Part shown: positions 1 through 13,687 of the stretch, piece after piece
Numbering within the stretch: position 1 is the stretch's first letter
Layout: each line of letters starts with the position of its first letter
From: Microbotryum violaceum
Lineage: Eukaryota
Length of the DNA: 64,000 nucleotides
Assembly: GCA_001244265.2 (NCBI GenBank)
Contig: CDLV01000007.1
Span: 620,001 to 684,000 of the forward strand
Reading direction: 5' to 3'
Made by a program: the position numbers and the translations under genes
The notes under the pieces: generated by a model
Databases searched by the model: none
Seen by the model: only the letters and a program-made list of their open reading frames with translations
Told to the model about the DNA's origin: nothing

Positions 1-1598
1 GGGCGTCGTGACCCAGGGCAAGACATTTGCTTCTCCTTCTTCATCGAAGCTGACGGAAAAGAACTGCAGTAAGTAACAAAGGGACTCCCGATCAGCGAAA
101 TGTAGTGCACGATTGAAGCGAGAGTAATCCACATCGCGGTCGCAATCAAGCTCGACACCAATTGCCACCATACCCGTGCCCTTGTTCGCCTCCGAGTCAC
201 AGATGATCTGCTCATTGTGGGGTGAGGGAAATCTCATGAGTGCATGTGTCGGTCATGAGTGAGCTTTGGACCTAAACACTTACCGCGGTACCCGGAAGGT
301 GACGCAGCGTTACCTCAAGAGCCTTTGCGTGCACGAGGAAAGGGCCCGCCACTGCGCTATCGAGAGTTTCGATTGGAGGAGACAGCAAGGGCGTCAACCG
401 CATGCTTTCGAGCTCATCTGTAGTTCGCCTAAGAGCGATTCTCACCTTCTCGGGAGGACCTTCAATCGAGTAGTCTGCATGAACACTCGAAAACAGGGAG
501 ACGAGGATGGCGAGGAAGCTTTCTGGTCTTGGTGCCACGACAGGGCAAAGTCATCCTGAGCCCAGAGAACCGATAAGCAAACTTCACTGGTTAACAAGTG
601 AGTTCGACCATTCTCAACGACTGACAATGAGAGCAATGCCAACGAACAACGCTAGTCAGTGATGATTATTTGTCAAGATATGGGATCCTCAGTCAGCGTG
701 AATGGACCAACGCCTACTCACCGAGTTCGCAAAGGACGAAGTACGGAGGTGCGAAGTATACGCCGAATCGAGCTTTGTGTTCATGTAGCTGCAGAGCCAT
801 CTGGCCGGGCAGACGGCGGTCAGCGATTACAGCGGTGAGAGGTGTTCAATCTATCCAAAGTTACATCGATGGTACTGGATGTACCTTGGCTAGCCTGATT
901 CCCTTGCTCTTCGGATGCATCACCGATCGACCATCGCTGTCGAAGACGCGCAAATCGAACGGGGTGACTGATCCATAATCAGACCAGAGATTCGGCATCT
1001 GTGATCCAGGATAAGACTCATGAGCACTTTCGAGATTGCCGACGTCGTTAGTCTCGAGGACTACTGTGTTTGCAAAATCGTCTCCATTTAGCACCGAAGT
1101 ATGTAGAGTAGGCAGCTCGTCTTGACCGAGGTATTTGTGAAATGAAGGCATGTAATGTATTGCAACCGGGCGATCTGCTAGGCGAGAGACAGTGTGCTGG
1201 GTGATGTCCACGAGATCCAGTAGATGGAACATTACGTTCGAGTCGTCCCATTCATTTGAGGTGACTGGCCAATGGTGCAGAAAGTCGTCGAAGCAGAACT
1301 TGACAGACCTCGGAAGAGGCGCATCGCCCGTCCCGGTTTTCTCGAGCCCTCCCTTCAGACCCTGAACAACGCGATGTACGAGAGAAGGATCGGGCGAGGC
1401 AGACGTGAGGCCGTGACGAGGTAGCGTTTCGCCTGGCGATCTTCGAAACTTGACGTGCCCCAAAAGGGCAGAAGGCTTATGAGTGGTGGGGCGACAGACC
1501 GTAAGGCGATCGCGTGGCACAAAGCGGTAGGCATTTGACGGGAACTTGAACGCAAGCAAGTCCCTGAGCACCGACGGGACGGTAGTTCGCAGATGCAT
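1..1598 (-). CDS. Multi-exon hypothetical protein, runs off the window start
   Basis: Minus-strand ORFs 861-1598 and 272-538 have protein-like composition, with a GTAAGT donor near 283. No recognisable domain. Confidence 0.35.
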
Positions 1599-2066
1599 CG
1601 GCGTCGAAAGTGCTCTGTAAGCTTCTTGTCCTTATTGTGTGGTAATGGTACTGGATGCGACGATGTACTGCAAGTCGTCAGCCCAGCTAACCCTGAGTTA
1701 TGCAGTGGTCGGACCTTCAAGTTGGCATGGCAATCGGGGCAGGCTGACTGTCGCCGGTACGGCTTGAAGCAGTGGAAGGTAAACCAAGGCAAGCAATGGC
1801 GCCGGGCGTCCTTGAGTGTGTGAGCAGCTCCAGTGCTCTACTGATGGAAGAAGGGGCGGGATGTTTAAGGCTGGGTCAATGTCGAAGGGTAGAAATGTCT
1901 TAAAGTCTGGTCTGAACTTGACGTCTTTGCAGTTCGAAGCCGCATGGCCGGGCTTAGAGCCGAGAGTGTGTAAGGTGGGCCTTAGAAGGAGGGGGGGGCA
2001 CGCGCCTGGGCACGTAAGACAGAGTGCTCAAAGCGGACGCGGCAGTGCCCTACTTCGGGACAGTTC

Positions 2067-2103
2067 GGGGCGCGATCTGGGGCGATCTGGGGCGATCTGG
2101 GGC
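2067..2103. repeat. Short tandem repeat (GGGGCGATCT) x~3
   Basis: gcgatctgg ggcgatctgg ggcgatctgg gg seen directly. Confidence 0.8.
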
Positions 2104-2707
2104 GTGGACCTCCTAGGACCTCCATGGACGAGTCTCGAGCCCCATTCTGAGTTCACGCAACCACCGGAGACTGGATGTTGAAGTACAGCCAACATCCGAG
2201 GACGATGAGCAATGACTCGGTCGGAGCGGGGCACCGCGCAACCCACTGCACTTCGTACATTGAGAGTCTGATTGCCGCGAACGTTGGGATCTTCCTTAGT
2301 ACCGATCATAAACTAAACATCATCCCAAAGGAATTGTCGCCCGGATCTACGGGCAACAAGGCGATCTTTAGGGCGATGGCGCCTAATTCAAGTCCAGGTT
2401 CTGTAGTGGTCCATTCCCCTTTCAGCTCGCGTTTCTAATTGTTCCAAACACAAATCTCCGCTCGCAATGCTTCTTAAACATAACCGCATCCTTCGTATAT
2501 CCGTTTGGCAGTCAGTTCGGTTCCACTCAGTGTTTCCTACTCTGAGTTTTGGAGAGCTGAATGAACCCTCAAGATGAGCTGCAATTTCATCACTTCAGAA
2601 ATACCCAGAGCAAACAGGTGTAGAGGTGCAAAAGTGGAAAATCATCGGAGGCCAACAATCCTTTGGACAGACCCACTTTTGATCCACTCCGAGTTACCAC
2701 ATCTCCA

Positions 2708-5429
2708 CTAAGCCATCAGCGTGTGCCTTCTCGCCGTCACACCACCTCCACTCCCATTACCCCCTTTCGAAACCCCCTCCTTCTCATTCCGACCCGCCAA
2801 TGATGATTCCTCCTCGTCCAAATCCGACATGGCTTCATTCTCCGAGTTGGCCATCGAAGCTCGACCTCTCAAGCTCGTCAAGGACGATTTCGTCCGAAGG
2901 ATATGGGACGTCGCTCCTGATACTGTGGCGACGGAGGGGCGAGAGGACTTTCGAGGATGGCTATTTGTCACGGGCACGTAGTCTTCCGGTCGTCGCATTT
3001 TGCTATAGTTCGAGAAGGATCAGCTCGAAGCTCGTGGCGGGAGATGGGGAGGTGACTTACGTGTTGAGTTTGGGAAGGGCGTAGTTGACGGACTTGCGAG
3101 CGCGACGACCACCCGCGTCACCCTCTTCGTATCCTCCGTTGGCGAGCATGGTGTTGGATTGAAGGACCGGAGATGCCGAAGAAGAGGGCATGGCACGAGG
3201 TTGAGATGCGCTCGAGACGGGTGCTGATCCAACTGGAAGCAGTACGGAGAATGAAGAGGTGAGCGTTGATCGGATAAATAATGAGGCCACAAGTCAACTC
3301 ACAGTTGTTGTCCTGTTCGTAGTCATAATCCTGTTCCTGCTCTACTTCCTGAGCTACCTCCTGCGACCCCGCTCTCGTCGCCCTCCGTTTCCCTCTCGCC
3401 TTCCCCAACGCCGCCTCCACCAACTTCTTGGACGGCACAAACTCCTCATCATTACTTTGCTCATCAACCTCGTACGAGTTCTCCTCGTCCTCGTATCGTT
3501 TCTCCTGCGTTTGTGTCGAGATGGATTCGCCGACCCGTTCGTCGTCTTCCGACGTACTCGACGTCGTTGAGGTGTCCTTATTCGATGAAGACAATTTCGC
3601 TTCCACAGCAGCGAGTGTTGATGTTTTCCTCCTCGACCCAACGATAGCCAGCATCTCCTTCGGACCAAGCGACTCAAGCTTGAGCAATGTCTTGCGATCG
3701 CTCCAATAATCCTCCTCCTCCGTAGCCTTCTTAGCCCCGCTCGACGAAGTTAAAGACGTCGTAGCAGCCAACGACGAAGTCGAGACCGATTTTCTCCCTA
3801 ACTGTCCAACAATGCTCGTCCTCTTGCCCGTGACTCCAGTGGTAGTGCTGGCTGGAGTCGTTGCGGCTGGCGCGTCACTTCGTACGGCCCCAAGTTGCCC
3901 AGGTTGAGGTTCCGGCGTTGGAGCTTTGACAATCCCCGAGACTCTTCGAGCTGGTTTCTGTTGTGAGAAGGAAGAGGTGTTGGCGTGGGCAGAGCGAGCG
4001 GCGGGAGGAGCCGAATGCGTTGCTCGGGCTTTGCTGGGGAGTGGTCGAGCAGTAGGGGCAGAAGTAGAGGCAGATAGCTGGGAGGAGTAAGTTGTAGTTG
4101 AGGTCTCGGAATGAGGGGACAGAGGTGCGGAAAGAGGTGAGGAAATAGGTGGGGGGACGAAAATGGGTGTGGGTGGTCGAGAAACCGAAGGCGATGCCGG
4201 AGCTCGAGGTTCTTCTCGTAGTCTGTGGAGAGGATTCAACCGGTGAGCAAAAATAGCCGATTACGTATTGCTACATGTTTCTCAACTCACCCATCGAGGA
4301 GGGTCCCTTTCCAAGCCGATTTCATTTGTTCTTCATCGCCTGAATCATCCTCTTCGTCATCGTTGAAATGGCTCTGTTCGCCTCCTTCGCTGATGTGCGA
4401 GAGGTCAGGGTTGCGTTGGAGAATGATCGAGGAGGGCCGTGGTGCTCTTCCGGCGGTGGAGCCTCTTCTCGAGACGGTGACGTTGCGGTTGGCGTCGCCC
4501 GAAGAGGAGGACGATGAGGAAGCGGAAGGGGTCGGAGGGGATTCTATTTGCACAGTTTCAAAGGATGGGTCTGTCAGGCTGCTGCGGGAAAGACGACGGT
4601 GACTGCATCGACCTACCTGTGACGGTTGAAAGCCGAGGGTGAAGGACTGTCGAGGATGGGATGGGTGGTGGTGAACAGGGTACATCCGAGGTGGCCCCGT
4701 CCGACATGGGGCTGGAGCAGGATGGAAGTCCGTTGCCGAGAGCTTGAAGCGCGGCCAAGGCGTTGACGTAGAGCCGTTGTGTCATCTGTCGGCACCATCT
4801 GATGATCAGCGATAGCATCCTCGGACTCGATAACGTGCATAACCGATGAGGTAGACCGACCTGGAGCTGTTCGTGATCCCAGGGGGATATCCCTGCGCTG
4901 ACGGCTTCCCTCGCTTCGTTGAGCTGCCTCTCGGTCTGTTGCAACCTCATGCGGAGGTTCGAGTTCTCGCACTCCAAGTGAAAGAGGGTTCCTTTCAGTG
5001 CGAGTCGTTCAGCACGGAGACTGGTGACGGTACGTTCGAGCTCCGAGTTGGATCTGTGGTAGCACACCGTCCAAGGTCAACGCGGTGGTCCGACGAGTTG
5101 GGTCAACATGCCAGACACGCGTCGGTGCGCGCGCTGCTGATGCGCCAAGAAAAGCGGCAGAGCACCGACTTTGATAGTATCGAGTTCTTGTGTATAATTT
5201 CCTTGTTCTGCTGCATATGCTTCTTCTTGACTGTGCGCGACGCCGCCAAGATGTATGCAGGTGGGCGCGTCAGTCTCGACGATCGTTCAACCGGACAGCA
5301 CCGACAAGGCGCTGATCACATGAGTTGCCGGCGACAGTACCAGTACTGACAGGCATCGTAGGCTTCGATCATGGGACCCATGCCATTGTTTCCCGCTGAC
5401 GAGGCACCCGAGAGGCGACGGGTCGTCAT
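2708..5429 (-). CDS. SGO1: Shugoshin (centromeric cohesion protector), multi-exon
   Basis: ATG at 5429 (MTTRRLSG...). N-terminal coiled-coil exons KKKHMQQNKEIIHKNSILSK and SNSELERTVTSLRAE. C-terminal basic SGO motif RRARKSVNYALPKLNT|KMRRP. Stop at 2708. Confidence 0.9.
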
Positions 5430-5483
5430 GGTCCGTTGTCCGTTGTCCGTTGTCGGTCTGTCAATCCCGGGTTGGGTGGCGGA

Positions 5484-5507
5484 TTTCGCGAAGGTATCGC
5501 GAAGGTA
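5484..5507. promoter_or_regulatory. Duplicated TCGCGAAGGTA including an SCB-like TTTCGCG in the sgo1/rap1 divergent intergenic region
   Basis: gatttcgcgaaggtatcgcgaaggta, about 55 bp upstream of the sgo1 ATG. Function is inferred. Confidence 0.35.
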
Positions 5508-5945
5508 TTAGCCGTGGGGCAAGCCGCAAGCCAGCGCGAGCGCAGAGCCACCGAGACGAAGGGAGACGATTGACGGATTTCACAAGTCAAAAAAATGCCA
5601 ACGTCAGCTCGCTGTTTGGGAGGCACATTGCCAGCCAAGGTACACCCGAATTTTTGCTGGGAAAGATAGCGCTCAAAACATCATTCCTCAGTCATTGAAT
5701 GGATAGGATACAATTCGGACTCAAGTTCGGCTCGTCTTTTGGCTCGTCGAGCATGCCAGGCAGGCCGACTCTTGGCTGGTCCGAGCAGGTCCGAGCTCAG
5801 CAGGCTGGTCCGAGCGCGGAATTGACGTCGCGCCAATATCATCGGATCGGACGCGCCCGAGGCATTGGTGCGGCCTTTGCGCTCATGCTCATGATCCCGC
5901 CCCACGGCACTTGCCCGGCCAGACAACTCGTCAACACTCATCATC

Positions 5946-8900
5946 ATGAGGCAAGTTCGAGCGAATCGAGTTCCCCTCCTTCACTTGCATCCCACTGATC
6001 AGTTGTCAGTCGTGTGGTTTAATACAGCGCGACGCGAGCGGGCTTCACCGCGCAGGATTACGACAACGCCGCCGCGTTCCTCAAGGACTATCCGCAGCAG
6101 AAATGGCATGTATGGAGCGTTCAGAAAGCCTTGTCAATAGCCGTGAGTCGAAATGGCTCGCCACGCTTGATATATCCATCATGAGCTGCATCTCAGCTGG
6201 CTTGGCTTGGCTCGCCCCCACACCGAAGCTGACTGGGGGCTTCTCGCTCTCTCCTTCTACGCTCTTCACCCTGGCGCGTTCACCCTTAGCATCCCGAAGT
6301 GAGCAGTCTTATTTCGCATAGTTGGGTCTACTCGTTGACAAAGCGAAAGATTGAACCTTTTCCCACGGCCGCGAGCCATCGCAGCATACCCAGCAATCGT
6401 GGCATTCCCATTGGCGAGCTGCGAGCGGTGCAGGCGCGGCCGAATTATCCCAGCGCATAAAGAAACTACGCGAAGCCGAGCGGCAGGCTAGGAAGAAAAC
6501 CACCTCGGGTGATGCAAAGACATCGTCTATCGCCTCGACTTCGAAAACGACCGGATCGAGGCTGAAGGGCGATCTGAGCCCCTCGGATTCGGACCACTCG
6601 GACGATTCAGACGACTATGATGATTCCGACGACGACAAGAGCAACCTGCAAGCCGCTCGCAAGACCAAGTACACCCGACAAGACCTGTACAACCTCATTC
6701 GTGAGATCCACACGATAACCAAGTCAGGAGGTCTGAAAAGGGACATTTACGTCAACCTCGCGACCAAGGCAAGTTCCGACTCGCCCTGGTGGGTCACGTC
6801 GCTGCCTTCCTTCGCAAGCTAACCCTCCTTGTCCTGCGTCACCCGCCTTCGTTTGATTGAGTAGTACCCCGTACACTCGGCGACTTCATGGCAAACCTAC
6901 CACCGAGACAACCGTGCCGAGGTCGATAAGTGGGCCAAAAATCTAATCAGCGGCAAGAAGACTAGGAGAGACTTGCTCAGTTGGTTGAATAAACAAATCG
7001 AGGCCGACAAGCACAGGAACACAATGTCGCAAGGGACACAACGAGCATCACCACCACCGCCATCTGCAGCACGACCACGTATGAGCAACTCGTCTTTGGC
7101 GCAACAGGAAGAGACGAAGCCGTTTGCCAACGTCGATAGGAAGGGCAGAAAGCGGCAGGCGACGCAGGGTCTCGAAACCGACTCTGACGATGACGGCGAC
7201 GCCAGGAGGGCGCGTCGAAAGAGCGATCCAGCTCGGAGGAAATCGACCGAAGAGACATCGACACCGCTGGTATCAAATGCAGCTTCGACATCGAACACTG
7301 CAAACACCGCGGTGTTCACAGACGCCGACGAGCGAATGCTGGTGCTGGAGCTGGCTGTCATTGAGAATGAGGACCGAGAGCGATCCGAAGCGTGGCCCGC
7401 ACTGGCAAAGAAGGTGAGTCTCATCTCGTCCCTAATCCTGCACACAGAGACCGATGCTCATCTACTTTTACGTACGATATTTAGACTTCTCGACATACTG
7501 CACACCGATGGAAAGAGTACTTCACTACCAACAAAATCCGATTGCTCCCACGAGTAACGAATGCGGCGCGTGATCTTATGCTTGGCCGAAAACCGACGGT
7601 CGAGAAGGAAGCTGCACCGGAGCCACTACCCACTTTAAGCAAGACAGCCGCAGCATCCTTACCGGAACTAGCACCAGAGCCGATAGTAGCACTACCAGAT
7701 TCGGCAATCGGCAAGAGTGAACCGCAGAAGAGCGCCCTGCCAGCGACCAAGCCTCCCGGCAAACCGCTCGTGCCTTCGTCGTCTCTACACCTACCAGCAG
7801 CGGAATCAGCAACACCAACTCTACCGGCGGTAGTATCAGTATCAACATCAGCACCATCATTAGCATCAGCTCCAGCTGCTCCAACAGTGGAGCAGTTGCA
7901 AAGTCTCGACATACCACCCGCAGCCACAACGAAAAATCTGAGTGCTCAGAGCCTTCCCGCAGCGGCACCGAAACAACGCGCCCAGACACCCGAGGTCAAT
8001 GCTATCGTAGCTACCTCGGCCGCCTCCCCGATGAAACTTTCGCAACCCAAAGATACCACGAAATCCACTTCTCCTAAGACTGCTTCAATGCCCTCGCTCG
8101 AAACCCCTGTGCCTCAAGCAGAAGACTCGACCGGACGGCCCAAAACAACGACACCGGCAATGTCCCCCACGAAGCAGGTCGCGGTACTCACAGCGCCGGT
8201 AACACAACCGACGAATGCGACGACTGAGGCATGGCCTGAACTCGGAGGCTCGGATACGGGACCTGCACCTGGCCCCACACAAGCGGGTCCGTCGACTCAA
8301 GCCAGGATGGATGATCCCCAGCCCTCGCCTCCGACTCCGAGTGCCACTCCTCCTCCTTGTGTGCCGCATGTTGATTCCAGTAGAGACGTATCTGGTGATG
8401 CGCTGATGGTAGCGTCGGAGGGCTCCCCGAGACGGCCGTCCCCTTTCCTCGGCGAAAGCCAAGATTCGGTGCCTACTCTTTCCGCTCAGCTTGTTCCTGC
8501 ACCTGCTGGCTCGACGACAACAGTTCAAGTTGTCGAATTTGAATCGACAAAAACGAAGTTGACCCAGACAACAGTGACGAATGGTTCTAGTACTGCGGTC
8601 CCTACCGAAGCCTTGTCGCAGCTGCAGGACGAGGATGATCGAAGGATGGACGCACAGCTGCAAGCTGCCACTTTCAACGGCGTTCATCGACCGCCCGTGC
8701 TGCTGGGGACGCCACAACCCGTAGCCGGGGTCAACTGGACTTCCACCACCGGTCCCAACTCGAGTACGAAGCCGTTCGAGTCACATCAAGCCGAATACGA
8801 CTTTCTCGAGACGTATCTCGACTGGCGACAGGTCAATTGGTTCGACGACGCCGAGCAAAAGTTGGAGGAGAGGGAGAAAGCCAAGGCTGCGGTCGAGGAA

Positions 8901-9902
8901 AGGGAGAGGGAGAGGGTCCGGCTCGCTGCTGAGCAGATGGTTCGAACGGCTCAGGAGAAGCAACGACGCGACGAACGGCTGAAAGCCCAGAAGGCGGCGG
9001 AAAATAACCGACTGGTTGTGAAGACGAATTGGGAATACGAGGCGCGGATCGCGGCGGAAGCGGCTCAGGAAATGGCCTCTAGGGTCGCGGATATGGAGAG
9101 GAGAAAAGCGGCCGAGGAAGCGGCCGATGCGAAAAGGTCTTCTCCGATACCTCTGGCGAGGGCGAGTCCGATGCCTCAGCACCACAGCTCAGATGCGATG
9201 CGATCTCCTTCCATCTCGAGATTTAACGGCGAGCCGATGTCGAGTCGCAAGAGACCGAGGGCAAGTCTGGAGCAGACCTCATTGCGAGATGTTACCCCAC
9301 AACGTCAGCCGTCTTCTCAAAATGATACGCCGCAACAGCACCCACCCTCACGTCTCCTACCGGAAGAAACATCGAACGGCGCAAAGCGTCAACGACTTTC
9401 GTCGACACCCCGCCCCTCCCACAGCGGCCCCGCCCCTTGCGCCGCTACAGCGCTGTCACCCACAGTCAAGGTGGAGTCCGACCCGGTCGCAGAAACATCT
9501 GGAGCCGACACCGGGCTAGAATTGAAGGACAGCATGAGGGCTTTCGCCAAGCGCTACGGCCTCAAGCAACGCCGCGCCTGCGATTTGTATTTCGCCATCT
9601 CGGCCCCTCCTAACTATGAAGGCCTCGATCTCGCGTGCCAATGGTTCACCCGGAGGAAGGACGGGACGTACCCTTTTCGACCTGGACCCGGGACGGAGGA
9701 TTATGACCGGCTCAAGAGATGGATCGAGAAGAATGCGTGGAGCTATGATGATGATGTCATTGTTTTGGATGGGACACCTGAGGCGCATGCACAGATTGAT
9801 CAGCGGAGGGGGAAGCGTGCGGCTTGGTACAGGAGGCAGTTCTTAAACGAATATGGCGTCTTTTCCGTTAGGGACCTTGAGAAGCGATGGCCGTTCCTTT
9901 AG
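5946..9902 (+). CDS. RAP1: Rap1/TRF2IP-like telomere protein with Myb-like repeats and a Rap1 C-terminal domain
   Basis: Three Myb-like repeats: FTAQDYD...HTQQSWHSHW, YTRQDL...HSATSWQTYH, FTDADER...HTAHRWKEYF. C-terminal WSYDDDVIVL...RRGKRAAWYRRQFL resembles Rap1_C. The model needs two GC-AG introns (5951-6027, 6769-6864). Confidence 0.7.
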
Positions 9903-9997
9903 AATGATAAGTAATGAAATAGAACTCTACCTGTTCCTGTACCTGGGCTGAGGACACGATGACGGCCGGAAGGGAGGTCCGGTGGTCAACAACTCTC

Positions 9998-10750
9998 GTC
10001 ACTGTCAAAATGTCACTTTGTGTCCGACGCCGTCAGCAAGGTCCGAATCAATGCTGACGATGCCCCGAACGATGTTCACAATGTCAATAACGAATTTTGT
10101 CAAAATGTGAGCAAGGCCCAAGTCTTGTTACATTCGTCACCTCTGTCACTTCTTGTCACTGTTGTCACCTCTGTCACTTATTCTTGTCACTAATTGTCGC
10201 CCAAGTCACCGGCGCTCGTCACTTCTGTCACTCGTTAGCAACTCCTGTCACCAACATCCTTGTGACCAATCCTTTTTGTCACTTAGGTCGCTGGTGTCAC
10301 TGAGGCCACAAAAACATGGCATTAATGTCACGAGCCATCGTGCCGCCGAGCGCTGAAGCTGCCACTTGGTTCAGTAATGTCATGAAGGAGTTCGGTATGA
10401 TCCGTCATCTTTTCGAGCACTTATTCGACTGTCAATAACTTGTCTCTAGCTTGCGGTTCAAATTCAGTCCCCAAGGGGTGCCCATGTCAGGAATTGGTAA
10501 AGAACTTGTCAACCTTGCAACTCGCATGGGTCAACAATACTGTGTCAATAACGTCACCAAGGTCAACCATCTCAACGCTATGTCAACAATGCATCAAAAC
10601 CAATGTATAAAACCTGTAAGAACTGAGTCAATAATCAGTAAGGTCAACAACGCAGCTTCGGCGTCGACAATTTCAACAATTCCCTCCGAAGTGTCGACAA
10701 AGTGTCGAAAATCTCAGCAAATACCTCTGGGTTGTCAACGATGTCACCAA
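9998..10750. repeat. Degenerate GTCAC/GTCAA-rich low-complexity array
   Basis: About 15 GTCAC in 9998-10331, then about 9 GTCAA in 10430-10750, nearly all on the + strand. Confidence 0.75.
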
Positions 10751-10863
10751 GCCTGTCCTCCCTAAGTGTGACGCCATCTTTCGCGATCGTGTATAACTTG
10801 CACTTCAAGTTCTATTTCAAACAGTATACATTCAAAGCCACAAACCCCACGGTTTAGATCGGT

Positions 10864-11738
10864 TTAGATATCCATGCTGACCTCACTCAAATCCCCCTCT
10901 CCTTCCCCCGCATCGGTACTGACTTCCGGACTCGAAGCGAAAGGACTATCCAACCCCGGCGAGCCCGAACGGGCAGGACTCGCACCCTGATTTTCTCCAC
11001 CTTGCCTCCTCGGTTCAAGATCCGCATTCGCGCCAGCTTCTTCATCCTCGACATCATCTTCAGATGCTGAAGAAGCGGCTTGGTCGGCATCCTCGATTTC
11101 GGCGTCGAGGTCGACTTCGGCGACGTCGGCCATGGCTTCGTCGATCTGGGCACCCGTCGCGAGGGCGCCGTCGGTGTCCGAGATGAGAGGGGGTGAGCCT
11201 GGGGGTGGGGAGTTGGAATAGGTCGACTGAATGATGCGAGGAAGGGGTGAGCCTCGTTTTTTGAGGATGGTGAAGTTTTTGACTTTAATGCCGAGGAGTG
11301 TCTCAGAGAGGGAGGACATACCTCGAGATCTTCTTCCTGTGTGTTTTGACGTCCCAATGGTACGAGCCAACTGAAACCAAAGCTTCTGATCTCGTGCATC
11401 TGCGTGTGGAGAACAGCCGACCGAATGAGCGCCAACGAGTTGAGCGTCAAGGCATGGGGCATGGGGGTTCGGACGCACGGAGGAGAGGTGCTGTTCCTCG
11501 AGGTAGTCGAGTTGGTCCAATTTATCCTTTGGGCCTCGAAGCGTTCATGAGCACAATCTGGTCAAACCTTATTCCCAGTTCTTCATCAACGCACCTGTAA
11601 TGTCGGATACAGCGTATCTGCGAACCGTTTTGAGGCCGGCTGTGCGTACGGGTTGGCGACGCGAGGTGGACGAGGTAGACGGGTCAACAGGGGCGGGTCT
11701 AGCCTCGGGTAGGCAGAGGGTGGGAGCATGTAGCTCAT
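10864..11738 (-). CDS. Apc15/Mnd2-like APC/C subunit (multi-exon, acidic tail)
   Basis: LEEQHLSS|MHEIRSFGFSWLVPLGRQNTQEEDLE resembles the fungal Apc15p motif (I.xFG..WL.P.G..T). It is followed by an Asp/Glu-rich disordered tail. Confidence 0.55.
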
Positions 11739-11957
11739 TCTGACGCGATACTCAAGAGGTTGGGAGGAAGAACGAAGACCTGGAAAGGGCGGAAAGGGCG
11801 AGCTGGTCCGAGCTGGATGCCGATCAATCTGAGGCGAGCCGAGGCGCGTCGCGGCGCGCTCCTCCACCGTTCGCAACGTTCGCAACGTTCAGCGTGGGCC
11901 TTTCGAACCCTTCTGACCACTCTCACCCAAGCTTTCAAGAGCACACTCGTCTACGAT

Positions 11958-13390
11958 ATGTCAGGATTACCACCCTCGATGGATGAGGAACGGCTCAAGG
12001 TAGTTATCCTTTTTACGTGCTTAGCTCCGCAGCCTGCTGCTGAGCGCTGATACACGCGGACCCACCTCCCGAGTCCAGGCGCTCTTTGAAGCCTACGTCA
12101 ATCCATCGGGAGGTCGCACACTTGAAGAACTGCTCAAATTCAAGGACAGGCTCAAAGGTGCCGAGGCACAACGACTGCGTGGCCACTTCTCGTCTTACGG
12201 TCTCCACCCTGCAGAGTGAGAGCTTCCCTCTTCCCCCACTTCAAGTCCGGTTGAGCTGAGCAATCCCCGTCCTTGACACACTGCAGCTGTCAAGACCCCA
12301 TCTTCGTCGCCGATCTCATGACGGGTCGACTCAAGGCCTTGCAGCAACGATGGGAAGACGATGTCAAAGAAGCCAAACGTTCGGTCGAAGAAGCTCGCAT
12401 CAAATGGGAAAATTGTTCGTCCATTTTGAAAGAAAAAAAAAGGCCGAACACGCCGAAGGCTCCTCCCGTGTTACTGACCGCGAAATCAGAGTATCCCTCT
12501 ACCAGTCCGAGACTCGCCCAATCAACTCCCTATCGTTGATATCCTTCAAATCGGAGCTTGGACTCAGTTGAGCAATGTCAAGTCGATCCCGGAACGATAT
12601 TACGACTGCCTTGAGTTCTTGATTAAAAAAGTCGGCATGTCGGTCGAAGGAACGGATGTAGCCGGGTGCGTTGTCAAGAGACAAAACTGTGTCTCCGAAG
12701 TCGAGAGCAATGATCTGATTTAACCTTTTCCTTCGGCCTCTGAATTACCATAGCTACACCGCCTTACAACACTCGCTCACGTGCACACCACTTTTACACG
12801 ACTTCGAATGGTCTTCCCTCCTCCTCCAAGCCTGTCCCGACCCCATCACCGCCATCAATCACCGCAACCGCTACGGCACAACCTCGATGCACGAAGCCTC
12901 CATGACCCTCATGCGACCAGGCGAAACTGAAAATCGGGCCAAAGTCCTTCGATGGCTTTTGGAACACGGCGCGAATGCCGACGTTCTGGATGGAGATCAT
13001 TGTTCCCCTCGGTCGACGGGGGGCAGAGTCCCACAGTTCAAGCAGATTATTCAGGAGTTTGATCAGGTGCAGATCAAGACTGAGGCGTGCGGATTTTGTA
13101 GGAGGGGCGGGTTTGTGGGCAAGGGAAAAGCCAAGGCTGCGAATTCGGCGTCGGGGGAGGCCAACTTGAAGGAATGCACGCAGGGAGGGAACGAGGAGGG
13201 TGTTCCGCTCAGGGCGAATTTGAGGTGTGGGAGATGTCGAGCGAGGAATTACTGCGGTGCGGCGTGTCAGAAAATGGATTGGGCGGCGCACAAGAAACAA
13301 TGCGTTGCGGTGGCATCGAATGCTCCAAGTCAAAGTGAGGTCGAGTCCAAGGCGACAAGCGAGGTCAAGAAGGAAGAGACGACGTCATAA
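11958..13390 (+). CDS. Ankyrin-repeat plus MYND zinc-finger protein
   Basis: Ankyrin-like GYTALQHS, NRYGTTSMHEA and LRWLLEHGANAD. MYND motif CGFC...CGRCRARNYCGAACQKMDWAAHKKQC. Confidence 0.85.
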
Positions 13391-13687
13391 ATCTTGATGC
13401 TATCTTATTGTGTGCAAATTGCGTGCACGCCCCAGTTTGAGTGGGAGTAGATTGTCAATGCCTGTGGCGATGACTGTTTGAAAGAGTATCCATCGTTGAG
13501 CATCATGTGAAGACAGGTTTTACGATAGCAACAGAGGTCAAAACAAACAAAGCTGGAAGGGAACAAGGTTTACAAAACGATGAGCATAGGATTAGGTTAT
13601 GAAATGAGGATCTTGCCCCGGTAGCAAGGGGTACACATGCTGCAAGCCGCGGGTTGCGTTGAGCCAAACCCCAGGAAAAAACCCGAC

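Noticed and set aside
9954-10792. ACACGAT...ATCGTGT as TIRs around the GTCAC array
   Set aside because: Only 7 bp match and there is no TSD, so chance cannot be excluded.
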